From assembly GCA_963662265.2 (NCBI GenBank), contig CAXXHA010000035.1, positions 1 to 64,000 of the forward strand: a stretch of 64,000 nt of DNA. The letters are read 5' to 3'. Every line of letters begins with the position of its first letter. The stretch's first letter is position 1. The notes beneath the pieces were generated by a model, which was given only the letters and a program-made list of their open reading frames with translations, did not search any database and was not told the DNA's origin. Shown one piece after another: positions 9,725 through 19,216 of the stretch. Made by a program: the position numbers and the translations under genes. The DNA is from Spirochaetia bacterium (GTDB taxonomy: Bacteria; Spirochaetota; Spirochaetia; CADAEX01).

Positions 9725-10309
9725 ATGGGCGAAATAATCCCGAGATGGGAATGGCGCCATTTTGCAAAAGAGATCAAGCTTTCTATTGATCTTTCTGAAT
9801 ATGAAAAAACACGGCATGTTGAAAGTACAGAAATGTATATCCCGTCAACAGTTGTGGATGAAAATCCCAAATTCCGGGACAATAAAATGGATGTTAAGTC
9901 TCTTCAGAGAGTTGACAGGGACGGTCTTGAGCAGTGGAAGCCTGTTATCAAGGTTGAGTTTCCACTGCCTCTTTCAGAGATGGAAAAAGTTTTTGAAATC
10001 TACAGGCTTTCAATGCCTGCATTTAAATCTGACCCGGTTCCGTTTGAGGAATTTCTTGAAGAAGCAAAACATAATCCCAGGCTTGTTCCTGTAGAAGTTG
10101 TTAAAGTCAGGGATCTTTACGATGTTGACGGATGTATAGTTGAGTATGCGACTGTTAAAATTGACGGAAAAGAATATGTAACAGTTGCAGCAGAAGACCC
10201 TGATACCGGGCTTGTTAAAAATACTGTGAAAAAACTTGGACTTTGGGGTAAAGAAAACATAAACTATGTAAGAGCAATAAAAGATTCTGTAAAAGGTAAT
10301 TTAAAATAG
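9725..10309 (+). CDS. hypothetical protein, CYTH-like (triphosphate tunnel) fold suspected
   Basis: N-terminal RWEWR resembles the CYTH ExExK strand; basic K-x-R motifs (PKFR, VVKVR) and acidic C-terminal strands; GGAGG RBS. Confidence 0.55.
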   Translation: MGEIIPRWEWRHFAKEIKLSIDLSEYEKTRHVESTEMYIPSTVVDENPKFRDNKMDVKSLQRVDRDGLEQWKPVIKVEFPLPLSEMEKVFEIYRLSMPAFKSDPVPFEEFLEEAKHNPRLVPVEVVKVRDLYDVDGCIVEYATVKIDGKEYVTVAAEDPDTGLVKNTVKKLGLWGKENINYVRAIKDSVKGNLK

Positions 10310-10393
10310 GTGGATGATAAAAACTTGTTTTTTATCATCCGCGGCAGAGACTTTCCGGAGGAAAGTGCTCGAAAGCGTTATGGAGGAAAATAA

Positions 10394-11341
10394 ATGAAAA
10401 AAATAACAGCTGTTATCACAATTATGCTGATTTTTTCAGCAGTGGTTTTTGCAGGCGGCAATAAAGAGGCTGCATCAAACTTTCCGGAAAAACCTATAAA
10501 ACTTATTGTTTATACAGGTCCGGGCGGAGCAGGGGATATACTTGCAAGAAAATTCACAGATATTGCAAGCAAGTACACCGATGCTACATTTGTTGTTGAA
10601 AACAAAGCCGGCGCAGGCGGTATTGTTGCAATGGAATATGTTGCGACAACAAAACCTGACGGCTATACACTTATGTATATGACAAAATCAAATATATCAA
10701 AACTTGTTACTACAAATTCTGAACTTGATCCAATGACTTTTGACTGGATTTCTCTGATGCAGATAGACCCTGAATGTGTTATTACAAATAACAAGAGCGG
10801 TATTGTAACATGGGAAGAGGTTGTTGCAGATGCAAAAGCCAAAAACGGCGAACAGCTCTGGCTTGGACCTGCAGCTGGCGGACTCGACCATGTAACTGCA
10901 CAGGCTATATGGAAGAAAGCAGGTATCAGTGCAAAATGGGTTCCATTTGCAAGCGGCGGAAAAGCCAAGGCTGCTCTTCTGGGTAAACAGGGTGTCACAT
11001 ATACAGGTAATCCCGGAGAAATTATTGGAAAACCTGATTTTTCTGTAGCTGCAGTATGTGCTGCTGAGAGACTTCCCCAGTTTCCAGATGTTCCCACTTT
11101 CAAGGAACTTGGGCTTGACGGGCTTGAAAATGAAATCATGTGGCGAGGTTTTGCTGTCAAGGCAGGAACTCCTGACAATGTAATTGCATGGTATGATGAT
11201 ATTTTTGAAAAAGTAACAAATGATCCTGACTGGAAGGCAACTTATGAGCCTCAGGGCAACATGCTTGTACATAAAACAAAAGATGAGTTTAACAAGCTTG
11301 TACAGGATGATTATGCTGCTTATAAGGCAGCTGCAAAATAA
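10394..11341 (+). CDS. tctC: tripartite tricarboxylate transporter substrate-binding protein (Bug/TctC)
   Basis: Signal peptide ending FAGGNKE; FPEKPIKLIV..PGGAGD, VENKAGAGG, PDGYT, PDVPTFKE, WRG. Confidence 0.93.
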   Translation: MKKITAVITIMLIFSAVVFAGGNKEAASNFPEKPIKLIVYTGPGGAGDILARKFTDIASKYTDATFVVENKAGAGGIVAMEYVATTKPDGYTLMYMTKSNISKLVTTNSELDPMTFDWISLMQIDPECVITNNKSGIVTWEEVVADAKAKNGEQLWLGPAAGGLDHVTAQAIWKKAGISAKWVPFASGGKAKAALLGKQGVTYTGNPGEIIGKPDFSVAAVCAAERLPQFPDVPTFKELGLDGLENEIMWRGFAVKAGTPDNVIAWYDDIFEKVTNDPDWKATYEPQGNMLVHKTKDEFNKLVQDDYAAYKAAAK

Positions 11342-11364
11342 TAAACTGTTTAAGACTGTTTTAT

Positions 11365-11394
11365 ACACCTTCGGGATTTATCCCGGGGGTGTTT
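11365..11394 (+). terminator. hairpin after tctC (terminator or mRNA stabiliser)
   Basis: ACACCTTCGGGA-TTTA-TCCCGGGGGTGT followed by TT. Confidence 0.55.
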
Positions 11395-11462
11395 AGTCTT
11401 GCTCAAAGAATTTCAAAGAGCATGTTCTGATTTGACAGGTCTTGATAGTTGGCAGGAATATA

Positions 11463-12029
11463 ATGGAAATAATAAAATACCTTGGAAAAGGATCGGGATT
11501 CTGGGTCCTGATTATATTTATGGCGGCAGTTCTCTCTGCTGCAGGATTTCTGATTAAAAGATCAAAGCTCAGGAATTATACAGGGAGAATCATTGTCCCC
11601 CTGATTTTTATCGAGTTTGCTTCTGTATTCGGAATTATGGCACTTGGTTTTCCAAAGGGATCGGCTGATGAGGTAGGCCCCGGCGTTGTCCCCGGATTGT
11701 GGATAGCCGGCATTCTTCTTCTTTCCTCTTTTTTACTTGTTAGAGGACTTGCCGGTAAAGAAGAAGCTGATCCAGAGTGGGGAAAAACAAAAAAAGTGCT
11801 GATGTTTATAGGCATGACTGTTCTTTATCTGTTTGTAATGCAGGTTATAGGTTATACAGTTGCAACTCTTGCCTATCTGATTGGAGGTATGATGTATCTT
11901 TCCTACAGGAACTGGAAAGTAATGGTAACAATCTCAATCGGATGGGTGGTTTTTTCATACTTAGTATTTTTTAAACTACTCTATGTCCCTCTTCCCAAAG
12001 GGATACTTATTGAACGGATATTTGGGTAA
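11463..12029 (+). CDS. tctB: TctB small membrane subunit (appears to have an extra N-terminal TM segment)
   Basis: VGPGVVP, IGYTVAT, F..LLYVPLPKG; lies between tctC and tctA. Confidence 0.85.
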   Translation: MEIIKYLGKGSGFWVLIIFMAAVLSAAGFLIKRSKLRNYTGRIIVPLIFIEFASVFGIMALGFPKGSADEVGPGVVPGLWIAGILLLSSFLLVRGLAGKEEADPEWGKTKKVLMFIGMTVLYLFVMQVIGYTVATLAYLIGGMMYLSYRNWKVMVTISIGWVVFSYLVFFKLLYVPLPKGILIERIFG

Positions 12030-12042
12030 GGAGCTTTTTTAT

Positions 12043-13539
12043 ATGGAATTACTAGCTAATCTTTTTCAGGGATTCGGATATCTTGTCGGTATCCAGCCTG
12101 TTGTGGCAATCATCGCCGGAGTAATTCTCGGCATACTGGCAGGTGCAATGCCCGGTCTTTCTCCTTCAATGGGAGTTGCGCTTCTTGTACCTTTTACATA
12201 TAAACTTTCCCCGCAGATTGCGCTGATACTGCTTGTATCAATTTATATAGCTGCAAATTACGGGGGATCAATCACTGCTGTTACAATAAATACGCCGGGA
12301 ACACCTTCGGCTGTTGTAACTTCATTTGACGGCTACCCCCTGACTCTTCAGGGCAAGGCAGGTGTCGGTCTGGGAACATCACTTGTAGCTTCTACTCTCG
12401 GGGGTATTATCGGTACAATCATACTGATTTTTTTCTCTGTACCTCTTGCCCGTCTTGCAGTCAAGCTGCATCCGGCTGAGTATTTTGCCCTTGCAGTTTT
12501 CGGCCTTACAACAGTTGCCTCTCTTGGCGGGAAAAACTGGGCAAAAGCCTTTGTCGCAGCAATGCTGGGGCTTTTGATAAATACTATCGGAATTGATCCG
12601 ATATCAGGTGTGAAAAGATTTACATTCGGTACATACAGACTTTTTGACGGCTTTTCTCTCATCCCTGCGCTTATAGGGCTGTTTGCGCTAAGCGAAGTTT
12701 TTACAAGGATAGAAGAATATAAACTTGAAAAGGGAAAAGAGACAACTTTTGAAAAGACACACTGGCCCTCTTTTTTTGAATACTGGAAGATGAAGCTTAC
12801 AATTATAAGATCATCTGTTCTCGGAACTCTTATCGGAATTTTTCCCGGAGCAGGTGCGACAATAGCTGCATTCCTTTCTTATGACCTTGCAAAGAAATCA
12901 AGCAAGGATCCTGACAGTTTCGGAAAAGGGAATCCCGACGGAGTTGCAGCTGCAGAAGCAGCCAATTCAAGTTCTGTCGGAGGTGCCCTGGTTCCGCTGC
13001 TTGCCCTTGGTATTCCCGGAAGCGCAACAACAGCTGTTCTTGTAGGAGCGCTGATGATTCATGACCTTGTTCCCGGCCCTCTTCTCTTTGTTGAAAGGCC
13101 TGATATTATTTATTCACTGTTCGCATCCCTCCTCATTGCGAATATAGTAATGCTTGTTCTCGGTATGTTCGGATCCCGCCTGTGGATAAAGGTGACAGTA
13201 ATACCCAAGAAAATACTTCTTCCCTGTATTCTGGCAATATCAATAATAGGGAGTTTTGCTGTACAGTATTCATTCTTTGATGTGGCAACCTGTATCGGTT
13301 TCGGTATTGCAGGATGGCTTTTAAAGAAATACGGGTTTCCGGGAGCGCCGATTGTTCTGGGAATGGTCCTTGGAAAACTTGCAGAAACAAATTTCAGGAG
13401 AGCGGTTATTATGGGCGGATATGATGTTTTCTTTACACGCCCTGTAAGCCTTATTCTTCTTCTTACAGCACTTCTTTCTTTCGGAGTACCTCTTTATCAG
13501 AACTGGAGAGATGAACGGAAAGTAAAGAAACAGCATTAA
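12043..13539 (+). CDS. tctA: TctA large permease subunit
   Basis: GAMPGL, YGGSITAVTINTPGTP, DGYPL, AAEAANSS, LGIPGS; ATG at 12043 after AAGGAG. Confidence 0.95.
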   Translation: MELLANLFQGFGYLVGIQPVVAIIAGVILGILAGAMPGLSPSMGVALLVPFTYKLSPQIALILLVSIYIAANYGGSITAVTINTPGTPSAVVTSFDGYPLTLQGKAGVGLGTSLVASTLGGIIGTIILIFFSVPLARLAVKLHPAEYFALAVFGLTTVASLGGKNWAKAFVAAMLGLLINTIGIDPISGVKRFTFGTYRLFDGFSLIPALIGLFALSEVFTRIEEYKLEKGKETTFEKTHWPSFFEYWKMKLTIIRSSVLGTLIGIFPGAGATIAAFLSYDLAKKSSKDPDSFGKGNPDGVAAAEAANSSSVGGALVPLLALGIPGSATTAVLVGALMIHDLVPGPLLFVERPDIIYSLFASLLIANIVMLVLGMFGSRLWIKVTVIPKKILLPCILAISIIGSFAVQYSFFDVATCIGFGIAGWLLKKYGFPGAPIVLGMVLGKLAETNFRRAVIMGGYDVFFTRPVSLILLLTALLSFGVPLYQNWRDERKVKKQH

Positions 13540-13634
13540 TCTTCTATGCCTTTAAAAGGTATTCCTTCCCTGCGGGTTCTACAGATCTGAAACCTGCAGG
13601 CCATGTTGTTATATACGACAGACTTCTTAACTGC

Positions 13635-13669
13635 AGGGCTGTGCCGGATATCCTGGCACAGCCCTTTTT
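13635..13669 (+). terminator. intrinsic terminator of the tct operon
   Basis: AGGGCTGTGCC-loop-GGCACAGCCCT followed by TTTT. Confidence 0.75.
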
Positions 13670-13987
13670 AATTGTGCGACCGGCGGGCACTACTGTGAGG
13701 AGGAGAAAGACCTCTACAGACCTGAAAGGGGAACTGTTGGCTGGCCGGCAGGCGTGAGCCTTGCCTCCTTTCCGATGCATATGAAAAAACTCAATGACTG
13801 AAATGCGTGATTGATAATAAAAATGTTGAAGCTGAAACAAGTACAGAAACAGGGCTGGCATTTTCAAGCATTTTTACCGGGAATATAGTTTTTATACTAT
13901 TAACAGTTGTAATTAATCAGTTATAATTGCATAAAATTCCGGGGTGAAAATAATCTGCTTTATGTCTTTATCGTAAAGGGATTCATC

Positions 13988-14722
13988 TTGCCGATGGCCC
14001 TGGAAAGATATTTCCGGAGTATCTCCTTGAATACTAAATATCCAGTAACTGCGCTGATTTTTCTGATTTTACTCGGGATAACTATGATACTGTCTTTTTT
14101 TTATATATTCAGAAATTCAATGAATATACACGCCCCCTTATCAGTTGCTGCTGTATGGTTTCTAGCCGGAATTTTAAGTGAGTCGCTTACAGTTTACAGT
14201 TCAAAGGGAAATATCTATATTGCAGTAACTGATGCTGTATTCTATGCAGCCTATCTCTGTGAAGGGGTGCAAACAGCTGCAGCAGTAATTGTTGTGTCTT
14301 TTATTTTCAGCATTCACAAAGGAGGCGGGAAAATCCGCTTCATATTCAATACACCTTTCCGGCTGACTCTGTTTAATCTGTGCCATTACATCCTTATACT
14401 GATGCTGATCGATATGGTTTTCATGTTTTTCTCAAAGATAACCGGCGGCCTTTTTCTTATTCCTGCAATTGTCACAGCTCCGTTCTTTTTTCTTTTTTCA
14501 TGTATTCTGAATGCCCTGTTTTATAAACTTGAGGAGAAAAGAAATTTCAGGAAATACTTTGCTGATATATTTCTTCCAGTTCTCCCTGATGCTCTTCTCG
14601 GCAGTCTGGGGGCAGTCATTGTTGCAATGGCATATCCGGTTTTCGGTTCACTGTCTGTGCTGCTTGCTGTGCTTCCTCTTGCTGTTGCCAGAATGGCGTT
14701 TGTCAAGGCTGCGGAGAACTGA
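13988..14722 (+). CDS. stand-alone multi-TM membrane protein, MASE9-like sensor domain
   Basis: About 7-8 hydrophobic segments; ILSESL..IAV..AV..AA..G..AA and IFNTPFRLTLFN resemble the membrane domain N-terminal to HD-GYP/GGDEF proteins; ends at PLAVARMAF, where the output domain would begin. Confidence 0.6.
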   Translation: MPMALERYFRSISLNTKYPVTALIFLILLGITMILSFFYIFRNSMNIHAPLSVAAVWFLAGILSESLTVYSSKGNIYIAVTDAVFYAAYLCEGVQTAAAVIVVSFIFSIHKGGGKIRFIFNTPFRLTLFNLCHYILILMLIDMVFMFFSKITGGLFLIPAIVTAPFFFLFSCILNALFYKLEEKRNFRKYFADIFLPVLPDALLGSLGAVIVAMAYPVFGSLSVLLAVLPLAVARMAFVKAAEN

Positions 14723-16665
14723 TGAAAATTTATTTTTCCCGGAAACGATTTTATTATGCTTTACTGATTCTCTATATGATTATTCCTTTTCCGGCTGCAT
14801 CTGTATATTCAGTTTTCATATCAGGGGGAAATCTTTATCCTGCATTTTATAACCTTGCAGCCGGAGCCGCAGCTGTTGTTATACAGCTTGTGCTTATTTC
14901 TTTTATAAACTTTGCCGTGAATTTTAAATCCGCTGTTTTGCGCGGTATTATTCTTCTCGCATTCACCGCAGCCTCCGGAGTTATTCTTGGAAGAATGCTG
15001 TCCCCGGTTTTCCTCCGGATTGTAACAGTCTTTTATCCCGGTCCGTTTCTTGCATCCGGTTTCTATATTGTAAAAAAATACATGAGAAGGAGTTCCTTTG
15101 ATCAGCTTGCTCCCGGCATAAACAGGATTATTATGATCCTGACATCCTACAGCATTCTTCTTGTCTTTCTCAATGTTTACCGTTACATACATTCTCCTGA
15201 GGCTTCTTTTTCTGAAGGTGCTTTCGGAGGTCTATATTTCATCCCTGCAGTCCTTCTGCTTGTAAACCTCAGAAACAGTTCCCGCGATTCTCTTAAAATA
15301 TTAAAGGATAAAATAATATTCAGAAATGAAGATATCTCCGGGAGTTTCAACCGGCTGCAGCGGTATATTCTCGGGAAATTTATTCTTGCCCGGGACAGCC
15401 GTGTCTGTTGCAGTGAAATTGTTGCTGATCTCTGCAGCCAGGACTGGGGTCCTGAAACAGACTGTGACTGTAAAGGGAGCTGCAAACCCTCAATGTGCAG
15501 GGCTTATATAAGTATTTACCGCAATATAGCGTCCATGAAAAAGACTCTTGAACATCTTGGTATTGCAGGTATTTATTCACCTGAAAACAAGAGAGATATA
15601 AAGGAGGAGGGGTGGGAATTCAGGCTTTTTTCCGGTGTGAGACTTGAAGTCGAGCCGCAGCTTGAGACGGAACCTGAAAAACTGTTTTCCCTTGCCGAAA
15701 AAGAGACTCATAACTCTTTTCCTTCAGTAAACAGTATTCAGAAAAAGTCATCTGCAGTTACTATGTGGTCTGCCGGAAATATATCTGTTCCTGCAGTCCT
15801 GCTTGCTCTTTTTAATGTTGTTTTTGTTGCACTTGAACTGAAGCTTTTTTACCTGCCCCATACTGCTGTTCTTTTTTATTCCTTAGTATATTTTATTTCT
15901 GCACTTATTCCATTCGGGTATCCCGGCAGTTCAAAGAGAATGAAGCTGTTTATCTGTGCCGGGAGTATTTATGCTGCAATGCTTATAACTTTGAGTTTTT
16001 TCATCCCGGAAGAGACAGTTTTATTTATGCTGATAAAATGCCTGGCAGTTTATTTAAGTATTTTCCTCCTTCACCGCGGAAGGCTGCGGTTCGGAGACAG
16101 CCGGGATAATGATAAGGTGTCCCGCCTGCTGTTCTGGTTCCTTTGGTTTTACATGGCAGCTCTTCTTGTTTTCCGGGATGTCTCAATACGGGATCAGTTT
16201 TCTGACAGCAGCAAAATGTTCTACCAGTTTTTTTATCTTCATGACAGAGTGATTTTTATTGTGCTTTTTCTTCAGTCTGTGTTTTTTCTTTCAAATCCCG
16301 GAAACTGGCTTGAAATAAACGGCAAAGAAATAAAATTTAACAGCAACCCTGTTGATGTTCATCTTACAGAGCAGAATAAAAAACTCTTCAGGCTCTTAAT
16401 TGAGTCTGACAGTGCGCCTGTATACTGCAGCAGGATTGCTGAAATAATGTATCCTGAAGAGTCGGCAGCCTGTCTTTCACTCTGTAAACCATCTGTATGT
16501 CCCCTTTACCAGAAGATGTACAAGAGGATAAGGGTAGTGGGCAGGTATATGGAAAACCAGGGAATAGGGACTGTTCTGAGTCCTCCCAGAAAACCGAATT
16601 CAAAAGATGAGGGCTGGCGAGCAGTTCTTTTTGAAAATGTGTATCTTAAAACAGAAAACAACTGA
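14722..16665 (+). CDS. membrane protein with two internal repeats (TM bundle + Cys-rich OmpR-like winged helix)
   Basis: C-x3-CKPSxC..Y..[IM]Y..I....LE/ME..GI..[IV].SP......EGW...LF..V occurs twice; TGATG overlap with the upstream gene. Confidence 0.6.
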   Translation: MKIYFSRKRFYYALLILYMIIPFPAASVYSVFISGGNLYPAFYNLAAGAAAVVIQLVLISFINFAVNFKSAVLRGIILLAFTAASGVILGRMLSPVFLRIVTVFYPGPFLASGFYIVKKYMRRSSFDQLAPGINRIIMILTSYSILLVFLNVYRYIHSPEASFSEGAFGGLYFIPAVLLLVNLRNSSRDSLKILKDKIIFRNEDISGSFNRLQRYILGKFILARDSRVCCSEIVADLCSQDWGPETDCDCKGSCKPSMCRAYISIYRNIASMKKTLEHLGIAGIYSPENKRDIKEEGWEFRLFSGVRLEVEPQLETEPEKLFSLAEKETHNSFPSVNSIQKKSSAVTMWSAGNISVPAVLLALFNVVFVALELKLFYLPHTAVLFYSLVYFISALIPFGYPGSSKRMKLFICAGSIYAAMLITLSFFIPEETVLFMLIKCLAVYLSIFLLHRGRLRFGDSRDNDKVSRLLFWFLWFYMAALLVFRDVSIRDQFSDSSKMFYQFFYLHDRVIFIVLFLQSVFFLSNPGNWLEINGKEIKFNSNPVDVHLTEQNKKLFRLLIESDSAPVYCSRIAEIMYPEESAACLSLCKPSVCPLYQKMYKRIRVVGRYMENQGIGTVLSPPRKPNSKDEGWRAVLFENVYLKTENN

Positions 16666-16694
16666 AGACAGAATCTGTGTTTAATTTTCTATAA

Positions 16695-16712
16695 TTACAA
16701 ATTAATTTGTAA
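16695..16712. promoter_or_regulatory. perfect 18-bp palindrome, operator-like
   Basis: TTACAAATTAATTTGTAA directly after TATAAT (16690-16695), 30 bp upstream of the ORF at 16742. Confidence 0.45.
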
Positions 16713-16741
16713 AATATTCCAATAAGATTAAAATTCATTAA

Positions 16742-17416
16742 ATGAACAGTATATATAAAAAAGTTGTTTCTTTTGCCGGATATGTAAAAAAGCATCCTTT
16801 AAAAACTGCACTTTATTTACTTCCCTCTTTTTTTGTTTTCTACTCGGTTTATCTTGCCGCTGGTTTCTGCAGCGGTATCGTTAAAATAATTTTCATTGCT
16901 TCCTCTTTTCTTGTTAAAACAGGTCTTTTTATTTTTGTGAAACTAGTAATTCATACTCTTCAATACATTTATATTCCCCTGCTGCTGTATCTATCTGTAT
17001 GCCTGTTTGTGAAAAAGAAATTTACAAGGGTGTATCTCTTCACAGTTCTGTTTTCTGTTTATCTGGTGTTGTTTTTTGAAGTTGTTCTTCCTTCAGGATT
17101 TGATATTCCCGGCAACCTTTTCAGGATTCATAAAATTATTATTGCTCTTATCCAGATATATATTTTTGCTGCATTGATTATCCCCTATTGGATGTCTACC
17201 GTGCTGGCATCATTGTTTTTCGTTGTAAAGAGCCTTCTTGTTTTTATTCTTCCAGACCTTCCTACCAGATTTGATGATTTCGGAATTATTCTGGCTTTGT
17301 TTATATTTACCTTTTTGTATTTAAATACTATTGTCTACCTGTCTAAAGCTGCAGGAAAGTTTCTGGTTAAAACAGATGTGTCTGCATCTTTTCAGAATAT
17401 CAGGAGGCTGAATTGA
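16742..17416 (+). CDS. hypothetical integral membrane protein
   Basis: Very hydrophobic 224-aa ORF; overlaps the next gene's start; LPDLPTRFDD weakly recalls YkvA/DUF1232. Confidence 0.6.
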   Translation: MNSIYKKVVSFAGYVKKHPLKTALYLLPSFFVFYSVYLAAGFCSGIVKIIFIASSFLVKTGLFIFVKLVIHTLQYIYIPLLLYLSVCLFVKKKFTRVYLFTVLFSVYLVLFFEVVLPSGFDIPGNLFRIHKIIIALIQIYIFAALIIPYWMSTVLASLFFVVKSLLVFILPDLPTRFDDFGIILALFIFTFLYLNTIVYLSKAAGKFLVKTDVSASFQNIRRLN

Positions 17417-18294
17417 TGAATAAAACTGATTCCAGAAAATACGGTCTGATAATATCTTTTTCCGGAATATTTCTGATGAGTTTCGACTCACTTCTGATCA
17501 GGCTTGCCTCTGTTTCCAGCTGGAATGTGGCCTTCTACAGGGGATTTTTCATATTCCTGATTCTGGGAATTCTTTTTCTCAGAACAAACAGGAGAAACTC
17601 AGTAAATATTCTGAAGTCAGGCGGAATTCCCATGCTTTTTTCAGGGCTGCTGTGGGGTTTGAGCGGCTTTTTCTTTGTACTCGGCGTGAAGATGACTCTT
17701 GTTGCAAATGCCCTTGTTTTTCTGAGCCTGTCCCCTGTCTTTGCAGCAGTAATGAGTTTTTTCATGCTCAGGGAATTCATCCCTTTAAGAACCTGGTTTT
17801 CGATTATAGTCGCTTTTACAGGTGTGGTTGTAATTGTCACTGGAGATCTCGGTTCGGGAAATATGACCGGCAATATTTTTGCACTTCTTGCCCCTTTCTG
17901 TCTTGCTCTCAATCTTACACATATGAGAAAGCATCCGGATGTCAGCAGGACAGCTTCTGTGTTTATAGGAGGTATTGTGACAGCATTGATTGCTCTGCCT
18001 CTTGCTTCCCCTCTTTCTGTTCCCCTGTCCGGGCTTTTTTATCTTGCTCTTCTCGGCCTGGTTGTACTCCCTTTTTCACAGCTCCTTCTTTCGACCGGGA
18101 CAAAATACCTTCCTTCTCCGGAAGTAGGTCTTGTCATGGTTAATGAAACCTGGCTTGGCGCGGTCTGGGTATGGATTTTTCTGCGTGAGATGCCGACAGC
18201 AAATACTTTTGCAGGGGGATCACTTATTCTTGCGGCAATGCTTTTAAACTCTGTAATGTCTCTGAAGGCTGAAAAGAACAATATATCGGGATAA
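17413..18294 (+). CDS. EamA/DMT transporter
   Basis: About 10 TM segments; LSPVFAA..LRE, GTKYLPSPEVGL, WVWIFLREMP. Confidence 0.9.
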   Translation: MMNKTDSRKYGLIISFSGIFLMSFDSLLIRLASVSSWNVAFYRGFFIFLILGILFLRTNRRNSVNILKSGGIPMLFSGLLWGLSGFFFVLGVKMTLVANALVFLSLSPVFAAVMSFFMLREFIPLRTWFSIIVAFTGVVVIVTGDLGSGNMTGNIFALLAPFCLALNLTHMRKHPDVSRTASVFIGGIVTALIALPLASPLSVPLSGLFYLALLGLVVLPFSQLLLSTGTKYLPSPEVGLVMVNETWLGAVWVWIFLREMPTANTFAGGSLILAAMLLNSVMSLKAEKNNISG

Positions 18295-18419
18295 AGGAAG
18301 CATTTATCTGATATCCTTGCAATGTTTTTATTCTGAATAATAATTTATATAATATTTACTGATTTGTTTTTAAAGGTCTGGCCAGGTTCAGGCCTATTTT
18401 TCTATCTATTCAGACCTGT

Positions 18420-19079
18420 TCAGATAAAGACATTCAGTGTCTGTTTATAAAGTGTTTCCACATAATCGAGAAGAATATCTGATTTTTCTGCTGCTAGCTT
18501 TTCATCTCCCGAAGCAACAACCCTCATCAGGGAACAGTGGGCATTGTTAATTTTTTCAATAAGATCCGGGTCAGTTTCATACTGCATGAAGTAAATCCGC
18601 CTTGCAAGAGCATGAAGAGGCTGAAGAGCTTCCTTTGCAAATTTGTTTCTTGCGCAGTCTGCTATGAATAAATTGAATTCATTGTCAATTCTTACAGCTC
18701 CGAGAGTATCTCTGCTGGATGTTGCCTCTTCGTAATCCCGTGCAAGCTGAAGGAAATTCTTTCTTTCATCCGGGGTTGAAAACCTGGCAGCCCTCCTGGC
18801 TATGAGTCTTTCAAGGATTCTCCTTACTTCCATCTGAAGGTAGAGGCTTTCAATGCTGATTTCATTGATATGTATACCGTGTCTCGGAACAACTGTCAGC
18901 AGATGGCTTCTCTCAAGTCTTTTCAGGCTTTCCCTTACCGGCATCCTCCCTATGCCGATCAGTTCGCTGAGTTCATTTTCTGTCCAGTTTGTTCCGGGTT
19001 TGATTTCCAGGGTGACAATCATTTCTTCAAGCCTGTTGTAGGCTTCATCTGCTTTACTTATATGTATCTTTTTTTTCAT
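18420..19079 (-). CDS. GntR-family (FCD) regulator
   Basis: AYNRLEEMIVTLEIKPG..ENELSELIGIGRMPVRESLKRLE; C-terminal FCD with DNEF..ARN..H. Confidence 0.92.
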   Translation of the reverse strand: MKKKIHISKADEAYNRLEEMIVTLEIKPGTNWTENELSELIGIGRMPVRESLKRLERSHLLTVVPRHGIHINEISIESLYLQMEVRRILERLIARRAARFSTPDERKNFLQLARDYEEATSSRDTLGAVRIDNEFNLFIADCARNKFAKEALQPLHALARRIYFMQYETDPDLIEKINNAHCSLMRVVASGDEKLAAEKSDILLDYVETLYKQTLNVFI

Positions 19080-19216
19080 AACTTTCTCTCATGTCATTAT
19101 AACTGCAATGAATCTTTTTTAAAGTAATTAATTAGAATAATTTCTTCTGCCTGACCGGGACAGGTTGTGAAGAGAAAGCGGATAACAATAATACGGGATT
19201 CAGCATACAGGGCTTT

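Noticed and set aside
13544-13867. 107-aa minus-strand ORF as a peptide precursor for the MASE9-like sensor
   Set aside because: No usable RBS, it runs through terminator hairpins, and it has no hydrophobic precursor pattern; I found no small signalling-peptide gene nearby
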